Source: Selaginella moellendorffii
Lineage: Eukaryota; Plantae; Lycopodiophyta
Direction of reading: 5' to 3'
Length of the DNA stretch: 64,000 bases
NCBI RefSeq assembly: GCF_000143415.4
Contig: NW_003314275.1
Location: 873,955-937,954, forward strand
Within the stretch, counting starts at the first letter, position 1; every line of letters begins with the position of its first letter. The position numbers and the translations under genes were made by a program. Below, one piece after another: positions 1 through 11,064 of this stretch. Under the pieces are notes generated by a model. The model searched no databases. It was given only the letters and a program-made list of their open reading frames with translations, and was not told the DNA's origin.

Positions 1-856
1 AGTTTGTCAACTAAAAAAAGCATTGGATAATCCCTAGAGCAAAGGGACGAGAAACAAAGCTCTTGGACGGATAAATTGGGGGACATCTCTTCCAGTCAGG
101 TAGAACTCAAAGAATTTCTGAATAACTCTGCGTTAGAAGCGCAAAATGTAGAGATTATCCTGGAACATTATGGGAAGTGTGTCGAGTATTCATAGATCCA
201 AGAAAAAAATGAGAGAGAACTTACTGCATCCACCAAGTCCCTAGTTCTTCTCTGGAAAAAAATACTTCCAGCTTGCCAGCAGGCCCAAGCTTGAAAATCA
301 AAACTATGATTGGTGTCTTGACGCCAGGCGCCCAAGACGGAAAAACCAAACTGGGGTATCCCTGGCGAGCTTTTTTCTTTTTGAAGGTTTCGGTTCCTCG
401 CTTGGACCGCAACGCGATTCGCGCCAAGGTGCAGCACCAGAGCAACATCTCTATGAAGCACTTTCCACACTTGCCATTGTGAGCCATGGCCTGTCGCAAA
501 ACCTAGGGTTTCAAAATAACCGAACATACCAATAGGTGTGGAGTGACCTTAAAGCCCGCCCCGGAAAGCAATGGCTGCGTCGGGAACTTTCCCGAACAGA
601 TCTCCGAGAGGGTTGAAGCTTTTCAAAGTCGCGAAACTATGTTTGTCTTCTCAAAGCATTTCCTTGTCTATCGGAGGGAACATTTTGGTCCTTCGAGAAA
701 AACGAAAGATCAAGCCAAGAACAATTATTCTTTCTAGATTGCATTTGCTTTTTCATTTGGAAAGCTGTCTGAGATAATTATTCTCCTGAATGTCCTGTGC
801 TTAACCAAAAACTTCCAAACTAGAATAGATTTAAATTCTTGAAAATCATGCCAAAA

Positions 857-1840
857 TCAAACATGGCATAATCCTAGCACAAACCCAAATATATTTTGAA
901 ACCCCCTACAAACCCTTTGAATATCATTTCTTCTCCATGTTTTTGTTTGGTAGTTGTACAAAGCCAAAAAATCTGGATGTGCAATCAAAAGTATGTTGTT
1001 ATAAGCCATACATACAGGTTCCACAATATCGTTCCATTGATGAGTAGTTTCTTCAACAAAACCTGTAGAATCCAGTTTCAATAAGTAACATGTAGACTCG
1101 GTTGCAGTTGTCACAAATAAGGATTTTGCTGTTACTACAAGGGTATCAAAGCAAAAATATTCATCTGTCATACGATAGCCACGATGGTCCCGTGTTATCA
1201 CAAGATTAGATAAGTTGCCATCACACAAATTTAGGCACCACACTTCAACATCCCCTGAAAACCTTGTGCAATATACATATAATTTGTTATCCCTAATAAT
1301 TGTATCAAATAACGTGTCACTATCCACCAGAACTTTGTTCCACATTCCTGTTTTTCCTGAATCATATATATAAATCATGACTCCTTGCTCCACCTCTCTA
1401 AGTACACAGGCCCAATAGCACTGTCCAAAGGAATCCATCCCCATTGCAGTCTCCTTAGAACATGGTTCACCATCCAAACAAAGTGGCGGGAGCATCTTAG
1501 ATGCTCCAGTGAGAGGATTCCAGACCATAAAATCTTTTCCTCTCATCCCAAGTATCAAACCACCGCTAGAGTTCAAAACACGATCCATGTTATGCTCCAT
1601 GAGAACCCAATCACTTGCTTCTTGCCCCGCAAAGGGATTGCATCTGAAAAGAGGCCCTTCACTATCCAGATCTTGACCCAAAACATGAGGAGGACTACGA
1701 TTCAAGTGTTGTCTGTAGTGAATAGCAGCAAATCCCGGTGTCTCTATGAGATCCTTCCATTTCTTGCACACGGCTCTCGCGCGCCACAAAGCAACTGCTG
1801 GCAAGTGCTTGAGCACCTCCTCAACTGGGATCCAATCCAT
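857..1840 (-). CDS. F-box protein with C-terminal FBA/kelch-like beta region, 327 aa, intronless
   Basis: N-terminal F-box motif IPVEEVLKHLP...LWRARAVCKKWKDLI. SSGGLIL and VWNPLTG are typical of plant FBA-type F-box proteins. Confidence 0.9.
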   Translation of the reverse strand: MDWIPVEEVLKHLPAVALWRARAVCKKWKDLIETPGFAAIHYRQHLNRSPPHVLGQDLDSEGPLFRCNPFAGQEASDWVLMEHNMDRVLNSSGGLILGMRGKDFMVWNPLTGASKMLPPLCLDGEPCSKETAMGMDSFGQCYWACVLREVEQGVMIYIYDSGKTGMWNKVLVDSDTLFDTIIRDNKLYVYCTRFSGDVEVWCLNLCDGNLSNLVITRDHRGYRMTDEYFCFDTLVVTAKSLFVTTATESTCYLLKLDSTGFVEETTHQWNDIVEPVCMAYNNILLIAHPDFLALYNYQTKTWRRNDIQRVCRGFQNIFGFVLGLCHV

Positions 1841-2749
1841 GACTACCCTTACCTTGACCTAGCCTAAACGGCGATAGGGTTTCACCTTTCTTGCTTTAAA
1901 ACAAGGGAAAAGGGGAGAGAAGCCAGGAAAGGGTGCAAGCTGCAAGAATGCTGAAAACAACGACCGTGATCTGGATCACGAGCTTGCAAAGAGTTATATC
2001 CTGTGGTCACGGCCATCTTTGAGCGCCACGCTCTTGGACTTATCTTGGTAGACGAGTGTTTTCTTTTATTCAAGGTACGTTCTCCAGTGGCGATTGAACC
2101 AGAAGAAAGCGCTGTTCTCGGGACTTCCTGTAGGCACTGGAAAGCAAACTTACACTCCGACGAACTTTAGACTCGCTCGTGTCCTTCGTCCATGATCCAG
2201 GAAGATAAACTTGTCGGTGTTGGAGCTTCTTTTCCCAGCTGTAAACGTCACACTTCTCGGTAATGGAAGTGTCAAGTAGCCGATAGCTCTCCAGACCGGT
2301 TTTAGCTGACACGATCCTGTGCGCTTGGAAACGAATGAAGCTTCAAGTTCAGGTGAATCTCCATGCATTCTCGTGCAAGTAAGCCATTCCCATCAACTCC
2401 AAGACGTTTTCCGCGTAGATCCATCTGTCAACCGTTTCCCATATGCTCATAGATACCATCCTTAATCACAAAAACCGAGCGATGAAAGTTTGCGAAACCA
2501 AAAAATTACCAAACAGAGCAGTATTCCAGTTAAGGCAACACTCCACACAGCAGAGAGCTTCTCACAAAGAGGCAGTAGCAACACTAGTTAGTAGCCTCAA
2601 AACAAGAGCTGGATGAGTCCAGCCCGTTACATACGTCTTTGGAGAGCATCATCACAGATTGTGGAATCCTCGTGCTTTGCTGTTCAAAAACTTTTCGAAG
2701 CGTTCCTTCCTTTCTTTGCTTTGTGAAGGTTTTGGATGAGATGTAGCAG

Positions 2750-3880
2750 TTGCAAAGGAATTCTGTTCATGAGAAAGATTGTACCACATCCTGTTCTTCC
2801 TTCTCCAGAAAATGAAGCTCCTGAATACCTTTGCCATCCGATCCCAGTAACCTCGAGAATCGGCAATGAAGACTCGAGTAGTAAACACTTCGTGAAGATG
2901 TGAGATTGTTTCAAGAAAAGCTGAGTGTTCAGATGTTGCATGCGTTTTCGCATGTCGGGTTCTGCAGCGACTTCTCTTGTATATTCCAAAATGCTTTGCT
3001 CGGATGGAGCCGCGCCTGATGTCAAAAAAGAAAGTAACGAAACCTCTTACAATATCTGCTAGCTTTTCCACAATTGCCTGGAGTGTCCTTTTTTCGCAAT
3101 GCAACCGTCACTTCGTTAAGCCGCATCTTGCGCCGTCAATAGGAAGGCATTGCTTTCATCTGCATCACTAGCTTTGGACGCAATGTAGTGTTGAGAACAA
3201 CTCCGAGTTGTTGAAGTTTTCATAGTCATTAGGATCGAGCCAGTGAATACGCGACTGCGATCTAAACTACTTACCTGGTTAGTTAGGCACACTATATAGT
3301 GTCAGAGACCTCCGCCTTGCTAGCTTCTACAAAGTGACCTTTGGTACCATCACTTTGGCACCAGGACATCTGTGTAGTGCGTCTCCAATGCTGTTAAGAC
3401 GGCATAAGCCACTGCCTATATGTTAAAAAAACATTGAGAATCAATAATAATCTGGTCACCCTTACATTCACTAGAACAAATGTGTACCCTGGCCAGGAGC
3501 TGATAATCACGTCATCCTCGCCAAATGTTTCTGTCATTCTGTCATAACCTCTTCAACAAAAGGCGCAGTACCGTGTCCTGGAGGAATTTGTCAGATAAGC
3601 AGAAGTGATTAACTTGCAAACTTCCAATAATTTTCTTCGACGTGAAAAAGGCTTTACCTCCGCAATATTCCATAAATACAAAAGTCCTGCTTCTTACTTT
3701 ACGACAAGGGGAGCCGATTGCAAACCTCCACATTATAGATGCTAGCGAGCTGCAAACAACAGCTTGAGGCTGCTACAACGGAAGTTCAGAGTAGAGTACC
3801 TCGGAAGTACATGTTGGTTGTGGATTTCCACGTCCGTAGGAATCTCTGAGATTTTTCATTTAAAGGCATGCGTTGATCCA
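2750..3880 (-). pseudogene. Truncated, frameshifted copy of At4g24610/At5g48310-like gene (3' part)
   Basis: Fragments in different frames: LQAIVEKLAD, ILEYTREVAAEPDMRKRM, ETISHLHEVFTTRVFIADSRGYWDRM. They resemble the C-terminus of this plant family as I recall it. Cut at ~3885 by the filler segment. Confidence 0.7.
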
Positions 3881-3882
3881 TC

Positions 3883-4540
3883 AAACAGAAAGGCCAAGGT
3901 GATGTTAAGAGCTTGCAATACCAAAGTATTAATGAAAGACATTTATCTCCACTCCGCTAACCACCGTGTCTCGTCGACCTACGCCACCACCGCTGATCTT
4001 CAAGTCGGCTCGAAGATGCTCATCGCGTCGTCGTACCGCTAGTTCTCCACCAGCTTGTGGACGAAAGTATTGAGCCGAGTCCTCACGTCCAGCACCGAGA
4101 ACATCTTGTCCGCGACTTTGAGGGCGTCGTCCAGGCGGTCCCTGAGCGTGGAACGTCCCTTCGTGGTGTACTCCAAGCTTGTCCGCCCGGCACAGCCCGT
4201 TGCCCAGCTGGTTGTATCCGGCGTCCAGCAGCCTCCCTCGAGCGGTGTGCTCGCGCTCATCCCGTCCTCTCGGTCGCAGCGCATGAGGAGCAGCCGGTTG
4301 AGAGCCGACCCGTGCGGAGTGAATCCACGCTGGCCAGGACCTCGTCGTTGTTCTTGGAGTTGATGTAGCCGATGTAAGTCGCCGAGTAGGCCATCCTCTG
4401 GACCTCCGGGAGGTCACTGAGCTCGCTGGCAACCTCCAACTTCTCGCCGTTGCGAAGAACCGTGATGAACCGATGGACGGCCTTGCTCTCGGCCGGGCCC
4501 AGCGGAAGAGCGGCAGAGCAAACTCGGCCATGGCGCACTG
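3883..4540 (-). pseudogene. Chimeric filler: degraded copies of the DEAD-box helicase intron 2/exon 2 (19270-~19470) and of the PPR gene (~15590-16360)
   Basis: 3883-3942 aaacagaaaggccaaggtgatgtta...tattaatgaaagacat matches 19270-19336. About 3985-4537 aligns to ~15590-16358 with many short deletions. Confidence 0.9.
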
Positions 4541-5599
4541 GCAAGCGATGCCTCACCTTGCTGTCTTTTCTTGCTTGAAACGCTGTTTCTCTCCGCCATC
4601 CGGTCGAAGACCCGGATCGCGTCTCCCTCGCCAGCCTCTTCCTCCTGTTCTTGAGCAAGGACGTGAGCATAGCATTGCTCACACCCCCTCATCACGGAGA
4701 GTGACCCAGACCGACCCTGATCTACTTTGTGCTCAACGTTTGCATTGAATGTTTACTTGGTGTTTATTTCCGATAATTCTTTTCCGGGTTTCCCAGTTCT
4801 GCTTGGTGATGTGTTTATGCTGATTGTCATATATGTGTGCTTGGACCGCGGCATTCTGATAGCTTCCCTGGGCATTCTTATTTCATCACTAGCCAATTCG
4901 CTTTCGAGCATTTTACTTCCTTGTACTTCCTTTTGCTCCGCAGTCTCTTTGATTTCCTACCACCTAGTTTCGTGCTGACAGACGACTCGCTGTTTACGCC
5001 GAATCGGCAAAATCTGGTCTCCGAGGGGATCAAACCTCCTCTACCAGACGGAGGATGATGAAGCCGAACAACATTCTGGCTTCTAGAGTTGATTGAGCTG
5101 GGTTACTCAGACAACATGTTCGCTCTGATCATGTTTGTCTATGAAAAAGTCTTTGCTGTGTGGCTGGTCTTGTCAATCTATGAAAATGAAAATGGAGGAG
5201 ACTGATAAAAAAGATAGTGAGAGAGAGCTTCCCTGTTTGACTTGCCTGGAAGTCGAGATAGAAAGTGTTAGGCAGAGCAGAGCGCGTTACAGATAACAAG
5301 ACTTCCTTTCTCGTCAAGGAGCTCTGCCCAAGGCCTGAGTTCTCTATCAATCAGCAGTGTGGGGCATCTCCAAGAAAAATCAAAAGGGAGATGAGGTGAT
5401 GAGCACTTGTATGAGGAGTTTACCTGGGGAAAGATAGGCATCCTTTGTCATCCGGGCGAAGCATTTGTACTTTTATCTTGAATAGATTTCCTAGACTGCC
5501 AAAACATTTGAGCAAGGAATGTTTTTCTGCTTACCCAAAAATGTGATGGTACCCGAAAAGACCACGAAACGCACAAAGGCTCGCATTCGTGGCATGCGT

Positions 5600-6211
5600 T
5601 CAGCTTGTTGCTCTTAGAGATAAAGTTTGGGATTTAGATTTCGACTCATCTAGAGAATAAAACACAGATACGACCACTTCAAGTTCATTTTCAAGTTCAT
5701 TCATGCACAAGTTCAAATGAGCCAAAGATCGTGATCGACTAAAATTCTTTTCGTGATTGGATCCATTGCAAAAGGAAACAAGTTTGTCAACTTTCGAGAG
5801 AAAAAACCAGCACTGGATAATCCCTAGACAAAAGAATAAAGCAAAGGTATGAGAAACAAAGCCGAGAGAGTACCATCCTCTGCGACAGATAGATTGGACT
5901 TTATCACCTCCTCCAGTTAGATAGAAGATAAAACTCAAAGAATTTCTGAATAACTCTGCGGAGCCTGTGAGGGCCATCTTGATTGTAAATCTAAGCTCCC
6001 ATGTATCGCAAGCGGCCTCTTTGACATCTGGATGTGGCAAAACCTGTGTCAAATATTCAAAGATCCAAGAAAAAATGAGAGAGAAGAACTTACTGCATCC
6101 ACCAAGTCCCGTGCTCTTCTTCGGGAGCACAGGTGCTTTACATTGTGCCTGCTCTGGAAAAAAATAACAAACTGCTTGCCACATCCTCCAGCGCAGGCCC
6201 TTGAAAATCAA
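5600..6211 (-). other. Hypothetical or degenerate ORF region, with a more eroded copy at 1-330
   Basis: 203-codon open frame with no recognisable motif and a non-ATG start. The homologous segment in copy A carries deletions. Confidence 0.2.
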
Positions 6212-9200
6212 GCTGTGATTGGTGTTTCCCTAGCGATTGAGATGAATCAAAATCAGCTCTTGGCTGGAGCGCCAAGGTGCAGCGCCAGAGCAACATCTCT
6301 ATGAAAAACTTTCGACACTTGCCATTCCTTCCTCGCTCTCGTGAGCCTTGGTCTGTCGCAAAGCCTTAGAGGCTTTCAAAACAATAGCACGCCCCCGGTG
6401 TGGAGTGTCCTTACGCCCCGGCCGGAGGTGGCCACCGCTACCGGGGCCTCTGCCCGCTGATAGAGCACGCCGCGAACGCCCGTGGCGTCAGGATGTGACC
6501 AACAGCGCCGACCGCCCGGAAAGCAATGGCTGTCCAATCTTGGCGTCGGGAAAGTCGCGAAACTATGTTTGTCTTCTCAAAGCATTTCCTTCTCTATCGC
6601 AGTGATATGTTGCGACTGGGAACAGTTTGGTCCTTCGAGAAAAACGAAGGATCAAGCCAAGGACAATTATTCTTTCTAGATTGCATTTGCTTTTTCATTT
6701 GGAAAGCTGTCTACATGCACCATCTCCGAGCCAGAGACAATTATTCTCCTGAATGTCCTTTGCTTAACCAAAAACTTCCAAACTAGAATGGATTTAAGTT
6801 CTTGAAAATCATGCCGAAATCAAACATGGCATAATCCTAGCACAAACCCAAATATATTTTGAAACCCACTACAAACCCTTTGAATATCATTTCTTCTCCA
6901 TGTTTTTGTTTGGTAGTTGTACAAAGCCAAAAAATCTGGATGTGCAATCAGAAGTATGCTGTTATAAGCCATACATACAGGTTCCACAATATTGTTCCAT
7001 TGATGAGTAGTTTCTTCAACAAAACCTGTAGAATCCAGCTTCAATAAATAACATCTAAACTTGGTTGAAGTTGTCACAAATAAAGATTTTGCTGTTACTA
7101 CAAGGGTATCAAAGTAAAAATATTCATCTGTCATACGATAGCCACGATGGTCCTGTGCCCGTGTTGTCACAAGATTAGATAAGTTGCTATCACATAAATT
7201 GAGGCACCACACCTCAACATCCCCTGAAAACCCTATGCAATATATATATAATTTGTTATCCCTGAAAATTGTATCGAATAACGTTTCACTAGGCACCAAA
7301 ACTTCGTTCCACAATCCTGTTTTTCCTGAATCATATACATAAATCATGACTCCCTGCTCCATGTCCCTAAGTACACAGGCCCAATAACGCTCTCCAGAGA
7401 AGTCCATCCCCATTGCAGTCTCCTTAGAACATGGTTCACCATCCAAATAAAGTGGTGGGAGCATCTTAGATGCTCCAGTGAGAGGATTCCAGACCATAAA
7501 ATCTTTTCCTCTCATCCCAAGTATCAAACCACCGCTAGAGTTCAAAACACGATCCATGTTATGCTCCATGAGAACCCAATCACTTGCTTCTTGCCCCGTA
7601 AAGGGATTGCATCTGAAAAGAGGCCCTTCACTATCCAGATCTTGACCCAAAACATGAGGAGGACTACGATTCAAGTGTTGTGTGTAGTGAAGAGCAGCAA
7701 ATCCCGGTGTCTCTATGAGATCCTTCCATTTCTTGCACACGGCTCTCGCGCGCCACAAAGCAACTGCTGGCAAGCGCTTGAGCACCTCCTCAACTGGGAT
7801 CCAATCCATGACTACCCTCACCTTGACCTAGCCTAAACGGCGATAGGGTTTCACCTTTCTTGCTTTAAAACAAGGGAAAAGAGGAGAGAACCCAGGAAAG
7901 GGTGCATTAGAATGCTGAAAACAACGACCGTGGTCTGGATCACGAGCTCGCAAAGAAGGCCTTGCAGAGTTATATCCTGTGGTCACGGCCATCTTTGAGC
8001 GCCACGCTCTTGGACTTATCTTGGTAGACGAGTGTTTTCTTTTATTCAAGGTACGTTCTCCAGTGGCGATTGAACCAGAAGAAAGCGCTGTTCTCGGGAC
8101 TTCCTGTAGGCACTGGAAAGCAAACTTACACTCTGACGAACTTTAGACTCGCTCGTGTCCTTCGTCCATGATCCAGGAAGATAAACTTGTCGGTGTTAAG
8201 TGTCAAGTAGCCGATAGCTCTCCAGACCGGTTTTAGCTGACACGATCCTGTGCGCTTGGAAACGAATGAAACTTCAAGTTCAGGTGAATCTCCATGCATT
8301 CTCGTGCAAGTAAGCCATTCCCATCAACTCCAAGACGTTTTCCGCGTTGTCAGGATAGATCCATCTGTCAACCGTTTCCCATATGCTCGTAGATACCATC
8401 CTTACCGAGCAATGAAAGTTTGCGAAACCAAAAAATTACCAAACCGAGCAGTATTCCAGTTAAGGCAACACTCCACACAGCAGAGAGCTTCTCACAAAGA
8501 GGCAGTAGCAACACTAGTTAGTAGCGTCAAAACAAGTAGCTGGATGAATCGAGCCCGTTACCTACGTCTTTGGCGAGCATCATCACAGATTGTGGAATCC
8601 TCGTGCTTTGCTGTTCTAAAATTTTTCGAAGCGTTCCTTCCTTTCTTTGCTTTGTGAAGGTTTTGGATGAGATGTAGTAGTTGTAAGGGAATTCTGTTCA
8701 TGAGAAAGATTGTACCACAACCTGTTCTTCCTTCTCCAGAAAATGAAGCTCCTGAATATATTTGCCATCCGATCCCAGTAACCTCGAGAATCGGCAATGA
8801 AGACTCGAGTAGTAAACACTTCGTGAAGATGTGAGATTGTTTCAAGAAAAGCTGAGTGTTCAGATGTTGCATGCGTTTTCACATGTCGGGTTCTCCAGCC
8901 ACTTCTCTTGTATCTTCCAAAATGCTTTGCTCGGATGGCCTGATGTCAAAAAAGAAAGTAACGAAACCTCTTACAATATCTGCTAGCTTTTCCACAATTG
9001 CCTGGAGTCTCCTTTTTTCGCAATGCAACCGTCACTTCGTTAAGCTGCATCTTGCACCGTCAATAGGAAGGCATTGCTTTCATCTGCATCACTAGCTTTG
9101 GACGCAATGTAGTGTTGAGAACAACTCCGAGTTGTTGAAGTTTTCATAGTCATTAGGATCGAGCCAGCGAATACGCGACTGCAATCTAAACTACTTACCT

Positions 9201-9808
9201 GATTAGTTAGGCACACTATATAGTGTCAGAGACCTTCGCCTTGCTAGCTTCTACAAAGTGACCTTTGGTACCATCACTTTGGCACCAGAACATCTGTGTA
9301 GTGCGTCTCCAATGCTGTTAAGACGGCATAAGCCACCGCCTATATGTTAAAAAAACATTGAGAATCGATAATAATCTGGTCACCCTTACATTCACTAGAA
9401 CAAATGTGTACCCTGGCCAGGAGCTGATAATCACGTCATCCTCGCCAAATGTTTCTGTCATTCTGTCATAACCTCTTCCACAAAAGGCGCAGTACCGTGT
9501 CCTGGAGGAATTTGTCAGATAAGCAGAAGTGCTTAACTTGCAAACTTCCAATAATTTTTTTCGACGTGAAAAAGGCTTTACCTCCGCCATATTCCTTAAA
9601 TACAAAAGTCCTGCTTCTTACTTTACGACAAGGGGAGCCGATTGCAAACCTCCACATTATAGATGCTAGCGAGCTGCAAACAACAGCTTGAGCCTGCTAC
9701 AACGGAAGTTCAGAGTAGAGTACCTCGGAAGTACATGTTGGTTGTGGATTTCCACGTCCGTAGGAATCTCTGAGATTTTTCATTTAAAGGTATGCGTTGA
9801 TCCACCAA
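5781..9808. repeat. Tandem segmental duplication, copy B
   Basis: Direct-orientation homology to 1-3885, offset ~5.8-6.0 kb. Confidence 0.95.
6820..7809 (-). CDS. F-box protein, paralog of 857-1840, 329 aa
   Basis: ATG at 7809 (MDWIPVEEVLKRLP). About 90% amino-acid identity to copy A by eye, plus a 2-aa insertion (AQ). Confidence 0.9.
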   Translation of the reverse strand: MDWIPVEEVLKRLPAVALWRARAVCKKWKDLIETPGFAALHYTQHLNRSPPHVLGQDLDSEGPLFRCNPFTGQEASDWVLMEHNMDRVLNSSGGLILGMRGKDFMVWNPLTGASKMLPPLYLDGEPCSKETAMGMDFSGERYWACVLRDMEQGVMIYVYDSGKTGLWNEVLVPSETLFDTIFRDNKLYIYCIGFSGDVEVWCLNLCDSNLSNLVTTRAQDHRGYRMTDEYFYFDTLVVTAKSLFVTTSTKFRCYLLKLDSTGFVEETTHQWNNIVEPVCMAYNSILLIAHPDFLALYNYQTKTWRRNDIQRVCSGFQNIFGFVLGLCHV

Positions 9809-10600
9809 AAACCCGTCACTTGTAGTCGCAACAAAGCCATCAGTTTCCGCCATGAGTCGCTTGCATCTTTTCCTCGCAGGAGTCTAATCAGAAGCCACGT
9901 GAGAGAAAGAAAATCATCTTGAACGACATACTCTCGACAGGCACAAGCAGCGGTTCGGAATTACTTCCAGGCAAGAACTTCGGTGCAGCGACACCAGATG
10001 GCGGCTGAAAGAAATAACAGGGAGGCGATGCCTCGTCAAGACAATTCTCAAAAACAAAAGCCAGAAGCAGGGAAAGTTGTTCTTCAACACCTGCAAAAAT
10101 CCGTTTCTAGCGAGCCATAATCCTAAGTACTCATTTCTGTTGCGGCTTACCTCCTGTCGTTTAGGCTCACTCTCATCCCTGGCAGTGATTATAAGAATCA
10201 ACAGCTCATAATCAATGGTAGGCAATCTTCCCAAATGCAAGGTACCTGAAAGACTCCATTGTGAAATCGAAAGCGTACCGAGTTTGGTATAAATGACCGA
10301 AACACCGTAATACAGTAAACTCCATTGCCAGGACCCATACAATCGTAGTCTTCGCCGTCCAAAATGGTGCACTTTCGTACCAACCTCCAAAACGCAACAG
10401 TTTCCCCCACCGAAAGAGATAAACGCAAATAGGAAAGGTGAAGAAAAACAGCAAAATTTAGTAACCTTTCTCAGGGCAAGTTCCCATGATGTACTGATAA
10501 ACAGCTGCAATTTTCCAACACATTCATCATCGTGCTCCCTATAGATTGGCCACCATCGCACACGGTCGCTCTGAGACATTCACGGGTACCTGGTGCACAG
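8690..10600 (-). pseudogene. At4g24610/At5g48310/At5g65440-like pseudogene (longer copy)
   Basis: Collinear fragments broken by stops and frameshifts: RVRWWPIYREHDDECVGKLQLFI, LEVGTKVHHFGRRRLRLYGSWQW, YYGVSVIYTKL, DVIISSWPGYTFVL, AVLTALETHYTDVL, SRGYWDRM. The family call is from recall. Confidence 0.75.
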
Positions 10601-11064
10601 AAAAAAGCGAAAGTTTAAAAAGAAATTCCATAGAAAGCAAAGGACCTGTTCCACAGCACACTTTGGATCCAACGTGCGAAGTGCAGTATATTCGTCCATA
10701 TATTTCTATGATCAGAATTCATACTTGACATAAAACTGAAAAGCATATTAGTTACTCACCCGTACCAACGCGATACCCTTTACTCCCCTGGAAGCCTGAA
10801 GAAAGCCTCGTCAAGCTGTTTGGTGAAGTTCTGCCTGGCTTTGTCACTCTTCGCCTCATGTGGAGCTTCTGTAGAAACACCAGTCGGTTTTGAAGTATAT
10901 CATCCCATGCTTCGACATCATCTTCTCAGTTGAAGAACAAAAATGCTCCAAGTTTTTTCCAATTTTTACATCCTGGTGAGGTCATGACCTGAGCCAGAGT
11001 TCCTTCAGCATCTTCGTGAGCAGGTGACGCAGAAAGTAGCGGATTTGATGGCCAACTTCCCAGC

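Larger units (their letters stand above)
1..3885. repeat. Tandem segmental duplication, copy A (homologous to ~5781-9808; extends off the left edge)
   Basis: Position 1 agtttgtcaact...cattggataatccctaga matches 5781 onward. About 640-3885 is near-identical to ~6550-9808, and both end in gatttttcatttaaagg(c/t)atgcgttgatcca. Confidence 0.95.

Noticed and set aside
4720-5130. Possible solo-LTR fragment
   Set aside because: No second copy, clear TG..CA ends, target-site duplication or convincing PBS in the window.
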